This document shows, in pieces, positions 7,799 through 18,058 of a DNA stretch of 46,856 bases. How positions within the stretch are numbered: position 1 is the stretch's first letter; each line of letters starts with the position of its first letter. The stretch spans positions 1 through 46,856 of the forward strand of contig CAZUFC010000066.1 in NCBI GenBank assembly GCA_964619725.1, written 5' to 3'. The notes under the pieces are model-generated. The model was not told the DNA's origin. It did not search any database and worked only from the letters and a program-made list of their open reading frames with translations. The DNA is from an uncultured bacterium. Lineage in GTDB: Bacteria; CSSED10-310; CAZUFC01. A program made the position numbers and the translations under genes.

Positions 7799-10163
7799 AA
7801 CAGAGAGCAGCAGCGCCCGGCAAGCTGAGAGATAAGAGCATGATATATTCACCCAGCTTAAATGAGAACGGCTGATAAGAAAAAGAGAGCGACTGTTTAT
7901 TTTCTTTGAGGAAGACGCCTCGAAGCATGTGATTAACTTTAAGGAGGGGGACCTGTTTGCCGTCGAGAGCAGCAGTCCAGCCTGGGAAAAAGAGTTCTGA
8001 GAGAACGACGAGTCCGGGATTGCAATTATTGAGGTCTATTTCAATTTTATGAGGGGAGTAGGAGCGGATGGGCAGGCTTATAATTTCTTCGGAGGGTTTG
8101 TCGTTGGATTCTGGTTGCGGGTAAGAATTTTCACCGGCTTCTACGTAGGCATGAAATGAGTCGATCTGACCGATCTGTTTTAGTTTTGCCAGGGTTTCCC
8201 GGTGATTTTCTGTAAACGACCATTTTGAGCTTAAAAAGCAGCGTGGAAAGGACCTTTTATTTTCAAAGATTTTAATACCCTGTTTTTCGAATATTTTCGG
8301 AAAGTTTTCAGGATTGAATTTATCTCCGATGCGCGCCCAATCAAGGAGATTCGTATGGTTGGGTGTGATGATGTATTTGATGTTCAACCAGTGGAGCAGC
8401 GAATGGTTAAAGAGTCGGAATTTTATCAGGCGCATGGCCGGCAGAACCCGGGGCCCGGTTATGGAGGGATCGACGACGTTGAGATATTGCTCGACGGCCA
8501 GAGGCGTGAGGGCATCATTTCCCCTGAAGTCATAGAATCCGTATAATTCGTTTGTATGAGGCGGATAGGCGAACCCCAGAGGCAGCACGCGGAAAATATC
8601 CCGGTCGGAGTTGATGAACTGAGCGCTTTCCATGGGCGGGGCAATCAGGCGGGGATCGAAGGTACGATTATAATGGAAGCTATTCCAGAAAATGTCGATA
8701 ACGTTGAGCAGGAAAAGCGCCGGAACAAGGAACCTGTACCGTCGCTTTTTGATAAGCGAGGCGATTGCGATTGCGAAAACGCCCGATACGATAATCAAAA
8801 TGCTTTCCAGGCGAATATGGTAGAAATGTGACGAGAGGTTCAATTTTCTTATTATTTCCGGGGAAGGCGGGCTGAAGGGGCGAATAGAAATAATGGCGAG
8901 AAAAATCGCTGCGGGGAGTATGAGCGCCAGATGTTCGTATTTACGGGCATTTTTGAGCTGGTCCAGCCCCTTTGCAGCCAGAATGGACAGACAGAAGGCC
9001 GAAACCAGCAGAAAACGGAAGTTGTAGGACATTTTGAAGACGATAAAGCTGTGAAGTATCTGATAGAAGGGAGGAATGCCGAAGGCGACGGCCAGGCTGC
9101 AGAAAAGGAGAATGCCGAAGGCTTGTATGTCTTTATTTTTTAATTTCCTTATCAGGCAATACAAGGCGGCCGTAACAGCCCATATTCCTACGAATCCCGC
9201 CATCGTCTCATTGGAGTTGAATTCTCCGTACCAGAAATTACCCTTGGAATCATTGCCGAAAAGTTGAGGCGTTATGAACGTCATGGCCGTTTCAGGGGGG
9301 AAATAGGGCTGCACTACCACGCCTTCGGACCGGACGTCGTATGCTGAACTGTTGATAAGATATTCGGCGAAGGGAACAATCTGAACGGCGGTCGCTGCCG
9401 CGGAGATGATAAAAGCCAGGCAGAATAAGAAAGCGATCCTGGGGGTATTATTTTTTTCTGTGATGAACAGATAAATCCAGTAGATCGCCAGGGCGGTCAG
9501 GATATGCAACGCGGTTTCAATATGCCCGGAGGTGATCATCATGAAAACAGCGAAAGAAAAAAAGTAAATGAATTTTATTTTTTTTCGTTTAAGAAAAAGT
9601 CGGGAAAAAAGAAACAGAAAGGGCATCCAGGCTGCTGTTTTAAAATGAGGGTGTCCGGTCCAGACGACCATGAAGCCGCAGAAGCTGAAGGTAAGGGCGC
9701 CGAAGAGGGAACAGAGCCGGTCTGTTTTAAGGTTCCGAAGCAGCCAGAAGACTCCCAGGGCAGCGATCCAGAGATGAAGAAGCGACCTTGCAACGGTATA
9801 GGCGGAAAAGGAAAGCGAATCCAGGATGCGGTCCGGGGGGTAAAAAACCGCTGTCTGGCAGACTCCGGTAAAGGGGTAGCCGCAGAAGGAGAAGGGATTC
9901 CATAGCGGTATGATACCAGAGGCGAATGAATCTTTTGCATAGGTGCGCCAGGGCAGGAATTCGAGGATTTCATCAAAGAGAATCCAGTTGCTGGGTTTGT
10001 CGATTCCGGAGGGTTTTATGTTTTTCCAGGGGGAGTAGAAGTAAAAGAGGTCTGCGGGAAAGAGCGCTTCGCCTTTTATTACGCCTGGATAGAGAGCAAT
10101 GAAGAAGGCTGAAACTGCGAAGAGGGCGAGCAGCGATGAGAGGATGAATTTGTATAATTTCAT
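7770..10163 (-). CDS. YfhO-family polytopic GT-C membrane protein
   Basis: PLWNPFSFCGYPF, FYP, many TM helices, and the C-terminal VLSELFFPGWTAALDG...VNHMLRGV typical of YfhO. Confidence 0.85.
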   Translation of the reverse strand: MKLYKFILSSLLALFAVSAFFIALYPGVIKGEALFPADLFYFYSPWKNIKPSGIDKPSNWILFDEILEFLPWRTYAKDSFASGIIPLWNPFSFCGYPFTGVCQTAVFYPPDRILDSLSFSAYTVARSLLHLWIAALGVFWLLRNLKTDRLCSLFGALTFSFCGFMVVWTGHPHFKTAAWMPFLFLFSRLFLKRKKIKFIYFFSFAVFMMITSGHIETALHILTALAIYWIYLFITEKNNTPRIAFLFCLAFIISAAATAVQIVPFAEYLINSSAYDVRSEGVVVQPYFPPETAMTFITPQLFGNDSKGNFWYGEFNSNETMAGFVGIWAVTAALYCLIRKLKNKDIQAFGILLFCSLAVAFGIPPFYQILHSFIVFKMSYNFRFLLVSAFCLSILAAKGLDQLKNARKYEHLALILPAAIFLAIISIRPFSPPSPEIIRKLNLSSHFYHIRLESILIIVSGVFAIAIASLIKKRRYRFLVPALFLLNVIDIFWNSFHYNRTFDPRLIAPPMESAQFINSDRDIFRVLPLGFAYPPHTNELYGFYDFRGNDALTPLAVEQYLNVVDPSITGPRVLPAMRLIKFRLFNHSLLHWLNIKYIITPNHTNLLDWARIGDKFNPENFPKIFEKQGIKIFENKRSFPRCFLSSKWSFTENHRETLAKLKQIGQIDSFHAYVEAGENSYPQPESNDKPSEEIISLPIRSYSPHKIEIDLNNCNPGLVVLSELFFPGWTAALDGKQVPLLKVNHMLRGVFLKENKQSLSFSYQPFSFKLGEYIMLLSLSLPGAAALCFILMRRNRT

Positions 10164-10194
10164 AATACAGAACGGTATCGGAGTTTCCGGGGGA

Positions 10195-11742
10195 TCATGG
10201 TTTATTTTTGAGCCAGACCTGGTAATTTTCCGAGCGCCATTGAATGGAGAATCCGTTATTTTTCAGAAATTCTTCAGACACCGGCAATTCATAATTCGGA
10301 ATAACGGCGCTGATCTTCCCCAGTTTAATATTTTCGATTATATCATTCAGCCAGTATCGGCTGGAATTTCTTCTCAATGCGGCAAAGGACATTTTTGCAG
10401 CCGATTTTTTAAATTTAATGAATTCATTTTTTTGCAGGGATTCTTTGAGCATGCGCATCAATCCGAGATTATCCTTGAAATTAACGGTTTTGATGCGTTG
10501 AGCTTCGAGGGCGATAAATGGAGCAGAGATTATAAGCTGTTGAGGTGGGGTATTATCATAAATAAAGTCGGCTGTGCGTTTGACTTCTGATCTGGCCAGT
10601 CCGTTGAAGCCGCATTTTTCAGCCGTTTTTGTTTTTTTGGGAAAAAAATGGAATGTTGCGGCGCATAAGAGGAGCATGGCGAAGAAACAGGCAAGAGGCA
10701 GTGCGGATTTTTTAATCGGCATTTTTAACGAATTTTTCAGCGAATGGAAAGTTTCTGCAGATAGAACAGCGGTTCCGAGTGCAGCGGGAATGATCGCCGG
10801 TATGAGGTAATGAGGCCAGATAGTGGAGCTTAGTATGACAGAGAAGAATATTTCGGCGGCGAGCCAGAGAATGAGGAGGAGGGCGTATTTTTTTAAATTT
10901 GAAAAGGAGAGGATGAGCAGTCCGAGAGCGCCGGAGAACAGGGGGCATCCGAGTGCCTGAAAGAGCCAGCCGATTCTGATATTAATGGGGGCATTGGCTC
11001 CTTTAATGAAGTGAAAAATAAAAGTTTGGTTAATGGTTTCGATTCCGTAGATCAGAGTAAATATGGCATAAATCAAGGCTATTCCGAGGCATGAGAAAAG
11101 GGCGGTTTTCAAGGCATGAGAGAAGCTGCGGTCCAGCATCAGAAAGATCATCCAGGCTGTCAGGGGAACGACCATGGTTTGTTTGCCGGCGAAGCCGAGA
11201 GTAAAAATGACAGGAAGAAGGAGGAAGTCGACAGAATTTTTTCTGTTTTGATCGGCGACAAGGCAGAAAGCAGCAGCAGCAGCGGCGGCAGTGAGTATTT
11301 CGCGATCGAAGACGTGGTAGCGGAAGATCAGGGGGTGCAGTGAGTAAAGTAAGGGAGCGGTCCAGACAAAGAGGAATTGGTGAGTTTTGGAAGAGCGAAC
11401 GTGATGCATTTTGTAGAGTTTATTCATACCGAGGAAGAGGCAGGAGGCGGTGAATACGGCGGTTAGAGCAGTGAAAATTTCCGCGATCCGGTAGGATACG
11501 CCGAATATTTCGTATAAACCGGCCAGGATAAATTCAAACAGGGGTAAATTAGGTGATGCGAAATCGTGAAATGGGCTCAGGCCGCTTTTAATGAGAAATG
11601 CCGCGTAAATATAGTTGGGGTCTTCTATCCATACGAGCGGGTAGAGGATTCTCAAAATTCTGGGCGCTGCGAGGAGCAGGATTAAGACTAATAAGGCAAT
11701 GGGGTTTAAGGTATCGGATTTGTTTTTGAAGGTCATGCGCAT
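10195..11742 (-). CDS. ArnT/PMT-like GT-C glycosyltransferase
   Basis: First TM followed by an acidic pair (WIEDPNY), PFHDF..PNLP, KQT and WPHYLIP; polytopic. Confidence 0.7.
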   Translation of the reverse strand: MRMTFKNKSDTLNPIALLVLILLLAAPRILRILYPLVWIEDPNYIYAAFLIKSGLSPFHDFASPNLPLFEFILAGLYEIFGVSYRIAEIFTALTAVFTASCLFLGMNKLYKMHHVRSSKTHQFLFVWTAPLLYSLHPLIFRYHVFDREILTAAAAAAAFCLVADQNRKNSVDFLLLPVIFTLGFAGKQTMVVPLTAWMIFLMLDRSFSHALKTALFSCLGIALIYAIFTLIYGIETINQTFIFHFIKGANAPINIRIGWLFQALGCPLFSGALGLLILSFSNLKKYALLLILWLAAEIFFSVILSSTIWPHYLIPAIIPAALGTAVLSAETFHSLKNSLKMPIKKSALPLACFFAMLLLCAATFHFFPKKTKTAEKCGFNGLARSEVKRTADFIYDNTPPQQLIISAPFIALEAQRIKTVNFKDNLGLMRMLKESLQKNEFIKFKKSAAKMSFAALRRNSSRYWLNDIIENIKLGKISAVIPNYELPVSEEFLKNNGFSIQWRSENYQVWLKNKP

Positions 11743-12551
11743 CAGGAGCCGTCATCGGGTTTGTTTTTTCTTGCGGTGATAAACAGGGCGCCTCCTTGAT
11801 CGCAATGAGTGATGACATATTTCTGGATACGGGGGCCCCAGATTTTCCAGACGGGGATTCTGGGTAATATGACCCAACGACTGAAGAGTTTTTTGTTAAA
11901 ATAGGCTGGAGCGCTGAGGAACAGAAGTTTATCGAATAGTTCCAGAGATTTTTGGGGAAGATAATAATCGTATTGGATGGATTTGAAACCGGCTTCCGTC
12001 AGCAACCGGCTCCATTTTTCGGGAGAGAAGCAATTATAGTGCCTGAAAAGGGCTGTGATCGCTTTGGTGTAAGCTTCAGCGAGGAAGTTAAGTTTTAGGG
12101 ATTTAAACAGTTTTGGAAAAAAGAGATAGTCGTTATAAAGGTCGCTGTGTGCGGTAAAAGCATAGATGCCGTTCGGCGAGAGGACGCGGCATATTTCTTT
12201 GAAAGCGGCGAGCGGGTTTTTCACATGTTCGAAGACGCAATTGCTCACGATGGTGTTGAAGTAGCCGTCCGGATAGGGGATATTATTGGCGTTGGAAGTG
12301 ACCAGCTTTTTATAGTTGCCTCTTCGAGCGGCCCTTCTGATTTCTCTTCCCGACAGGTCGAGACCCACATCTATTTTCTGATCCGTCAGTATCGAGAGGA
12401 ACAAACCTTCGCCGCATCCGATATCCAGGACGGGCGGAACAAGTTTGACTGCAGAAAAAAGAGAAGCTTCTGAGCCTCGAACGATGGACAGAGCCAGAGG
12501 CGCGACCATGATATATTTTTTAAAGAAGTTTTGGCTTTCTGTTGATTGCAT
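11742..12551 (-). CDS. Class I SAM-dependent methyltransferase
   Basis: VLDIGCGEG, NCVFEHV, RVLSPNG; one-base overlap with the downstream GT-C start. Confidence 0.9.
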   Translation of the reverse strand: MQSTESQNFFKKYIMVAPLALSIVRGSEASLFSAVKLVPPVLDIGCGEGLFLSILTDQKIDVGLDLSGREIRRAARRGNYKKLVTSNANNIPYPDGYFNTIVSNCVFEHVKNPLAAFKEICRVLSPNGIYAFTAHSDLYNDYLFFPKLFKSLKLNFLAEAYTKAITALFRHYNCFSPEKWSRLLTEAGFKSIQYDYYLPQKSLELFDKLLFLSAPAYFNKKLFSRWVILPRIPVWKIWGPRIQKYVITHCDQGGALFITARKNKPDDGS

Positions 12552-12582
12552 TACGCTCTTCCCGTCGTTTTCGGTAAAAAGT

Positions 12583-13305
12583 CTATGGCTTGAATGCCAG
12601 TCTTATGATGGTCGTTGCCGTATGAATTATTTCATCCATTGAAATTTTGGAAAGTCCGTGAGAACGCGCCGTGTAGGTTATGGGGACTTCGCTTACATTA
12701 AATTTCCGTTGTTCGCAACGATAAAGAAATTCCACCAGGAAAGAATAGCCGATCGACTGTATGGAATCGAACGGAATAGTTTCCAATACCCTGCGCCGAT
12801 AGACCCGGAAACCGGCCGTGCAATCACTGGGCGACAATTTCAGAAGACTTTTGGCGAAAAGATTAGCCGTTCGGCTTATCAAACGACGGTTCCAGGCAAA
12901 TTTTTTCGTTTCCCCTCCGGGAATGTACCGGGAACCGATAACGATGTCGGCGTCCCTCGCGGCCTCAAGAATCGACGGAATAAAACGGGGATGATGAGAA
13001 AAATCGGCATCCATCGTAAGAAAAAGTTTTACATATTCATCCTCAAGCGCTTTTCTGAAACCCGCCAGATAAGCAGTACCTAATCCCATTTTCTTCTCTC
13101 GCCGCAACAACTCTACTCCGGAATCGGAACCCTTTTCTCTTCTGACGATCTCTGATGTGCCGTCAGGACTGTTGTCGTCCACCACGATTATAACGCTGGG
13201 TATTCCCAGATTCTGAATTTCCTCAATGAGTCTTATAATATTTTCCGATTCATTGTAAGTCGGAAGAATTACGGCTGTTTTTTCGATTGACTGATTGCTC
13301 AACAC
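12583..13305 (-). CDS. Polyprenol-phosphate-mannose synthase-like GT2 (DPM1/Ppm1 type)
   Basis: ILPTYNESENI, VVDDNSPDGT, KMGLGTAY, MDADFSHHP, GSRYIPGG, DCTAGFR, GYSF, SKI. Confidence 0.9.
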   Translation of the reverse strand: MLSNQSIEKTAVILPTYNESENIIRLIEEIQNLGIPSVIIVVDDNSPDGTSEIVRREKGSDSGVELLRREKKMGLGTAYLAGFRKALEDEYVKLFLTMDADFSHHPRFIPSILEAARDADIVIGSRYIPGGETKKFAWNRRLISRTANLFAKSLLKLSPSDCTAGFRVYRRRVLETIPFDSIQSIGYSFLVEFLYRCEQRKFNVSEVPITYTARSHGLSKISMDEIIHTATTIIRLAFKP

Positions 13306-13325
13306 TCTCTCTCCGATTATTAACG

Positions 13326-15074
13326 TTATGGATGATCGTTTTTCGCAATATCCGGTTTTTCAAGTCTTTCAATCATTTTTTGTCGGTATGTCTCAGAATT
13401 TCTATATTTTTGAATAATTTCCAGCTCCGGCCGCTCATACTCGGGACATTGGAATGTAACTCTGCGCAAGCGATATTTTTCACGAATCGATTTGTCCTTT
13501 TTCAACCATTCTCTTCGGTCAAAAATTTCCTTATTTTTTATAGCATACAACAACCCTTCATTGACAATAAAAAAATTTTGAACGAGTTCTGCAGAAAGCG
13601 CGGTAAGAAAAACAGGGTTCTGATTCAAAAGTCTGAGTTTCTTGAGCGCTTGGACCAGCAAAGCGTCTTCGGGGTTAATGCGGTCACGCCGGCGAGGAAG
13701 TATAGACCAGGAATTCGGCATTTTCAGCCAGGGATATAACCGTGCGATATCCGCACGAACCCAATGCTCATCCGGCGTCAAAAGGCTTTGATGATGGATC
13801 GCAGCAACGTCATTTCTGTATTTTTCCACTCGCAGCATATACTCAAGAGGAAAATTTTCATCCTGTTCAACGACGACGACAGCCCTGGACCGCGGCGTAC
13901 TAAGGATGTTGAATGTCCAGTCTCTCAACAGGTAGTTTCGGCTTAAATCGTTCCAGGCATAAGATTGAACGGTCAGACAACCTGCTACGACGGAGAGCAG
14001 AACAAGAGCGCCTGTTCGGGTTTTTTTTTCCAGGACTCTCCAGAACATGCCTCCCCAGATTGACCAGATAATCAGTCCGGGAAGGAAGAAAACCTCCGTA
14101 AAAAAATACCATTCTTCAGGTATGTTGAACAGGACGATGCCGATAAGGCTTGAGAGCGCCCAGAGGAGGAAGCAGAAAATCGTCCATTTATTTTTAGTAA
14201 TAACCATCAGAACGAATCCGACCACGGCCCATAACCAGTGTCCCGACGGCAGATTTTCGCGGATCACGGTACCAAAATTATCAAGTGAATGAAGGAAAGC
14301 ATCAAAGGACCTGACGAATCTTTGCTTATGAAATGTTTTCGTGGTAATGAGCCCATGCCAGGAATCGAAATCATCAGGCCTTTCCCAGGAGTATTCAGCG
14401 CCGGCATGAGCTCTCAGGGGGAGGTACAACTGGCTGGAATAACCGAGAAGGACAAAGAGCGCGCCGGCGGTGACGATTTTTATGTCCCATATTTTTTTTC
14501 TGTAATGAGCGACAAGCAGATAGAGAACGGCGGGGAAAGTGAAGACGATCATCTGGTGCACGCCCACTGCTAGGCCTGCCAGAAAAGCGGAGAAAAGCAA
14601 TCGTTTTAGAGATTCTTTTTCGGCTCCGATCAGCAGGTTCCATAAGAATATCAGGATAAGAGAGACGGCAAGCGCATATACCTCTGCAGAAGTGCATTGT
14701 CCCCAGAAAGTATTTCCGAAGCCCCACAGCATTGCTGCAGCAGCAGGGCCGAATATTCCTCCGAAAATGAAACGCGCCAATCCGAAAAGCAGGGCAGCGC
14801 TCAAGGCTCCTGCGAATGCGGAAAACAGGTTTATTCGGAAGGGGAGGTCGCCAAGAGGGGGAAAATTAAAGCTGCCGGCCGTCATTGTATAAACCGGGTA
14901 ACCCGGAGAATGGGGATTCCCGAGCAGAGCGACTGCAGTGATGAATTCAGAGCTGTCGATCAAGGTAATATCGGGGGCTGCGGTTTTCAGATACAAGGCG
15001 AAAAAAAGGAGGAAAATCAGGCAGTACGGCAGTAAGGGATGATTGAAGCGGCGTTTGTTTGATGAAGGTTTCAT
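13326..15074 (-). CDS. DUF2723 / TMEM260-like GT-C protein, paralogue 1
   Basis: DSSEF...LGNPHSPGYP, RINLFSA, WGQCTSAEVY, YLPLRA, DLSRN. Confidence 0.85.
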   Translation of the reverse strand: MKPSSNKRRFNHPLLPYCLIFLLFFALYLKTAAPDITLIDSSEFITAVALLGNPHSPGYPVYTMTAGSFNFPPLGDLPFRINLFSAFAGALSAALLFGLARFIFGGIFGPAAAAMLWGFGNTFWGQCTSAEVYALAVSLILIFLWNLLIGAEKESLKRLLFSAFLAGLAVGVHQMIVFTFPAVLYLLVAHYRKKIWDIKIVTAGALFVLLGYSSQLYLPLRAHAGAEYSWERPDDFDSWHGLITTKTFHKQRFVRSFDAFLHSLDNFGTVIRENLPSGHWLWAVVGFVLMVITKNKWTIFCFLLWALSSLIGIVLFNIPEEWYFFTEVFFLPGLIIWSIWGGMFWRVLEKKTRTGALVLLSVVAGCLTVQSYAWNDLSRNYLLRDWTFNILSTPRSRAVVVVEQDENFPLEYMLRVEKYRNDVAAIHHQSLLTPDEHWVRADIARLYPWLKMPNSWSILPRRRDRINPEDALLVQALKKLRLLNQNPVFLTALSAELVQNFFIVNEGLLYAIKNKEIFDRREWLKKDKSIREKYRLRRVTFQCPEYERPELEIIQKYRNSETYRQKMIERLEKPDIAKNDHP

Positions 15075-16246
15075 TAATTCACGACATTTTTTTCGATTTC
15101 AGCGATGATGCGTTCCGTCACGACATCCCAGGAGAATTCTTTTCGTATCAGATCAATGGAGGAATTCGAGCGCGGGGTTTCCAGAGCTTTAATCAGATTG
15201 TCGCTGAACTGATTTTCATTTTGGGATAAATAAACGTAGTTCTGTTGTCCGAAGCGGTCTTCAACGCTTTTTAAATTGAAGCATACGACGGGTATGCCCA
15301 TGGCGAGGTATTCGAGAAATTTCAGAGTATAGACCATATTAAGATTGAAATTAGGTTTGTAAGGGACCATTCCGACGCGGGCTATGCTCAGGTAATCCGC
15401 TATTTTTTCATAAGGGAGGAAATTGAGAAAAATGACCCGTTTATCCCTTATTTTTTCCTGCAACTGTCTGTAACCTTCGCCCTCGGCAATGACCAGGAAT
15501 CGCACATCTTTTTTATCGAGCGTTTTTCTGATGATGGAAGGCAAGACATTAAGGCCGTGATACGGATCGATAATACCGTGATAAACGATGACCTCTTCGC
15601 TTTCCAGGCCCAGCTCCTTTCGACGCATTTCCTTTTCATGAGGCGAATATTTGTCTGGATTGAAAAGAACCGTATCCACACCGTCGCCTGCTGTAAAGAC
15701 CTTTTGCGGATCGTGAAAAGTTCCATTGATTACAGCATTTTTCATACGTTCAGTCACGACGAAGAGTTTGTCTGCGGACCGGGCGACTTTTTTTTCAAGT
15801 TTTACAAGATAATCGACCAGCTTTTGCGGATATCTTTCATCTTCATAGAGAAAACCGGATATGAAATCGGTCATGCTGATTATGAGGGGAATTTTGCTGC
15901 GTCTGAGCGCTAAAGCGAGTCCTAGGCCCAAAGTGCAATTCCGCAGAAATAAGCAGTCGAAATTCTCCCGCTTCAACATTCTTCGAATCTTGAGAGTGAA
16001 AAGGAGTATGAAAGCGGCGTATCTCAGTTCTCGGCGGCTTGCCGTTCTATGAATATAAAAGGGAGAGCATGGTTCGATTCGTATACCCAGTCGTTTTTCG
16101 ACCGGTTCTTTGTCGATGTAGAGAGGCGTCACAGCCGTCACGTCGTGCCCGCAATGAACCATTTTCTGTAATATTCTCAGATTGCCGGCTGTTCCCCCTC
16201 CGAGAAGAGGCATAAGTTGTTCATTGGAGCAAAACAGTATTTTCAT
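15074..16246 (-). CDS. Glycosyltransferase family 4
   Basis: MKIL..., GHDVTAVT, DGVD, LKFLEYLAMGIPVV, FSWD; one-base overlap with the next start. Confidence 0.9.
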   Translation of the reverse strand: MKILFCSNEQLMPLLGGGTAGNLRILQKMVHCGHDVTAVTPLYIDKEPVEKRLGIRIEPCSPFYIHRTASRRELRYAAFILLFTLKIRRMLKRENFDCLFLRNCTLGLGLALALRRSKIPLIISMTDFISGFLYEDERYPQKLVDYLVKLEKKVARSADKLFVVTERMKNAVINGTFHDPQKVFTAGDGVDTVLFNPDKYSPHEKEMRRKELGLESEEVIVYHGIIDPYHGLNVLPSIIRKTLDKKDVRFLVIAEGEGYRQLQEKIRDKRVIFLNFLPYEKIADYLSIARVGMVPYKPNFNLNMVYTLKFLEYLAMGIPVVCFNLKSVEDRFGQQNYVYLSQNENQFSDNLIKALETPRSNSSIDLIRKEFSWDVVTERIIAEIEKNVVN

Positions 16247-16262
16247 GTCCGGGGCAATCAGG

Positions 16263-16913
16263 TCAGGAATTTTGAGTCTGCAAATCTGATGAGTCGAGTA
16301 TGACGGCGCTCGCGGACTTCATTGCTTTGAGCGCAGCGTCGACGCTTCCATCCGGTTGATTCACCCCGCGGCATGCATCGAGAATCAGGAATACGTCAAA
16401 TTCGAATTCAAGTCCATCCAGGACAGTGGCTTTTACACAAACGTCCGTCGCCAATCCGCAGATGAAGATTCGCTTGACGTTCAGGCTTTGCAGGTATCCG
16501 CGCAACCCCGTTTCCGTTTTCTTGTCGTTATCCCTGAATCCTGAATATGTGTCCACCTCTCTTTTCATGCCCTTGCGGAATATCGTCTTGACCGGAATCA
16601 TGTCAAGCTCCGGGAAAAACTCTGCGCCCTGAGTTCCCCTGACGCAATGGTCCGGCCACAGTATCTGATCCATACCGTTCAACTCTATTGTTTGAAAAGG
16701 TATTTTAGATTGATGCATGGATGCGAAGGATATGTGATTATCGGGGTGCCAATCCTGTGTCGCCGCGCAGATCGAAAACATACTGCTGATCCTGTTTATT
16801 ACCGGCACAATTTCATCTCCCTCCGGGACTTCAAGTGCGCCGCCCGGACAGAAATCGTTCTGAACGTCCACGATGATGAAGGCATCTTTTGGTTTAATGA
16901 GCTCTTTTTGCAT
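16263..16913 (-). CDS. pncA: Nicotinamidase/pyrazinamidase
   Basis: VDVQNDFCPGGAL, TQDWHP, LWPDHCV, RKG, GLATDVCV. Start moved to the ATG at 16913, which follows AAGGAG. Confidence 0.92.
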   Translation of the reverse strand: MQKELIKPKDAFIIVDVQNDFCPGGALEVPEGDEIVPVINRISSMFSICAATQDWHPDNHISFASMHQSKIPFQTIELNGMDQILWPDHCVRGTQGAEFFPELDMIPVKTIFRKGMKREVDTYSGFRDNDKKTETGLRGYLQSLNVKRIFICGLATDVCVKATVLDGLEFEFDVFLILDACRGVNQPDGSVDAALKAMKSASAVILDSSDLQTQNS

Positions 16914-17000
16914 CAAAAACTCCTTTTTGATCATTTTAACGGGAATGGTATTATTTCTGCTTCTGTCATTCCCTGGCAGCACTCGCATTCATATCACATT

Positions 17001-17030
17001 TTGACTTTTTTCTTAATATGTTTTTATGAT
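17001..17030 (+). promoter_or_regulatory. Candidate sigma70 promoter for the disrupted rightward gene
   Basis: TTGACT, 18-nt spacer, TATGAT, upstream of the ATG at 17115. Confidence 0.35.
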
Positions 17031-17114
17031 TCAACGCGATTAACCCCGCTATAGGTTTTTTCAATAAACAGGGAGTCAAATCAGAAAGCAGGATCGAGCG
17101 CCGGAAAAAAGGAA

Positions 17115-17282
17115 ATGGGATTGAATTCTGATCAGGAAAAGCGCAAAAGAATCGCGTGGAATATCATCGTAATCATTCCGGCGACGTTGTGGCTGATTCC
17201 TTTGTTGATGAAAGGGTTAAACTCAGAATTTATCGAGGGGTTGATTGCTCGATTGATCTCTGAGCGAATCATGCAAAGCTAA
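17115..17282 (+). pseudogene. Short membrane ORF, probably the 5' stump of the disrupted YfhO-like gene
   Basis: AAGGA, then MGLNSDQEKRKRIAWNIIVIIPATLWLIPLLMKG... (55 aa, one TM) running directly into transposase sequence. Not in the ORF track. Confidence 0.45.
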
Positions 17283-17806
17283 AAGCAGTAGCGGGAGAAA
17301 TGTTCAACGCGATCAATACGAAGAAATTCGAGAAAAAATTGCAAAGCATATGGCGAAGCAAGAAAATGAGGGCAGATATCGAAAGCGCTTGCACATAGCT
17401 GAAACGCCTTTTGCTTGTATAAAAGCGATGATGGGCATCAGACACTTCTTAACAAGAGGAATGGACAATGTTAAAAGGGATTGGATGTGGATATGTTCGT
17501 CTTACAACATGGTAAAATTGGTCGGCAAGAGAGGAGCGCTGTGTACGTTTAAATCGAAAATGAAGGATTTTTGCTATGTTGCCGAGTAAAAACTGCCGAA
17601 AGGAGGGGTGTGCTCGAAAACAATTCGGGTTGATCAAGGCAAAGCAGATGATTCTAGGATTCAGAATTTCAATTTTTTGTTCTCGGTTTCGAGAAATTTC
17701 GAAAATTTGCTTTTTGACCGCAAAGTCGGCAAAAATTTCACCGGAATTTCCGGCTTCAGCGGTATTCTGAAAAACTTAAATCAACAGCCCCCCGACTCCG
17801 ACCGGA
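17272..17806 (+). mobile_element. IS1182-family-like remnant: transposase C-terminus (17272-17589) and 3' flank
   Basis: CKAKSSSGRNVQRDQYEEIRE...YRKRLHIAETPFACIKAMMGIRHFLTRG..NV...W...C.SYNMVKL fits the IS1182-type DDE C-terminus. The N-terminal part is absent and the element boundaries are approximate. Confidence 0.75.
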
Positions 17807-18058
17807 GGCCTGCTGACGCTCTGCGATAACTACTTTGCCGGCTGGAAATGCTTTATCGACGGACGGGAAGTTCCTGTCTTGCGAGCAAATTACACTTTTA
17901 AAGGAGTCCTTGTGAATAAAGGCGAACATATTGTAGAATTTAAATTTGAACCTATGTCCTTCCGTGTGGGCTTGTATGGGGCTCTGCTCGCTTTGGGACT
18001 CTTTTGTATGATCATGTCCATCGCAGTCAGGGCAAAAACGCAGGGGATGAAAGGATGA
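17807..18058 (+). pseudogene. C-terminal fragment of a YfhO-family gene
   Basis: My translation GLLTLCDNYFAGWKCFIDGREVPVLRANYTFKGVLVNKGEHIVEFKFEPMSFRVGLYGALLALGLFCMIMSIAVRAKTQGMKG* aligns with the C-terminus of 7770-10163. No start codon. Confidence 0.85.
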
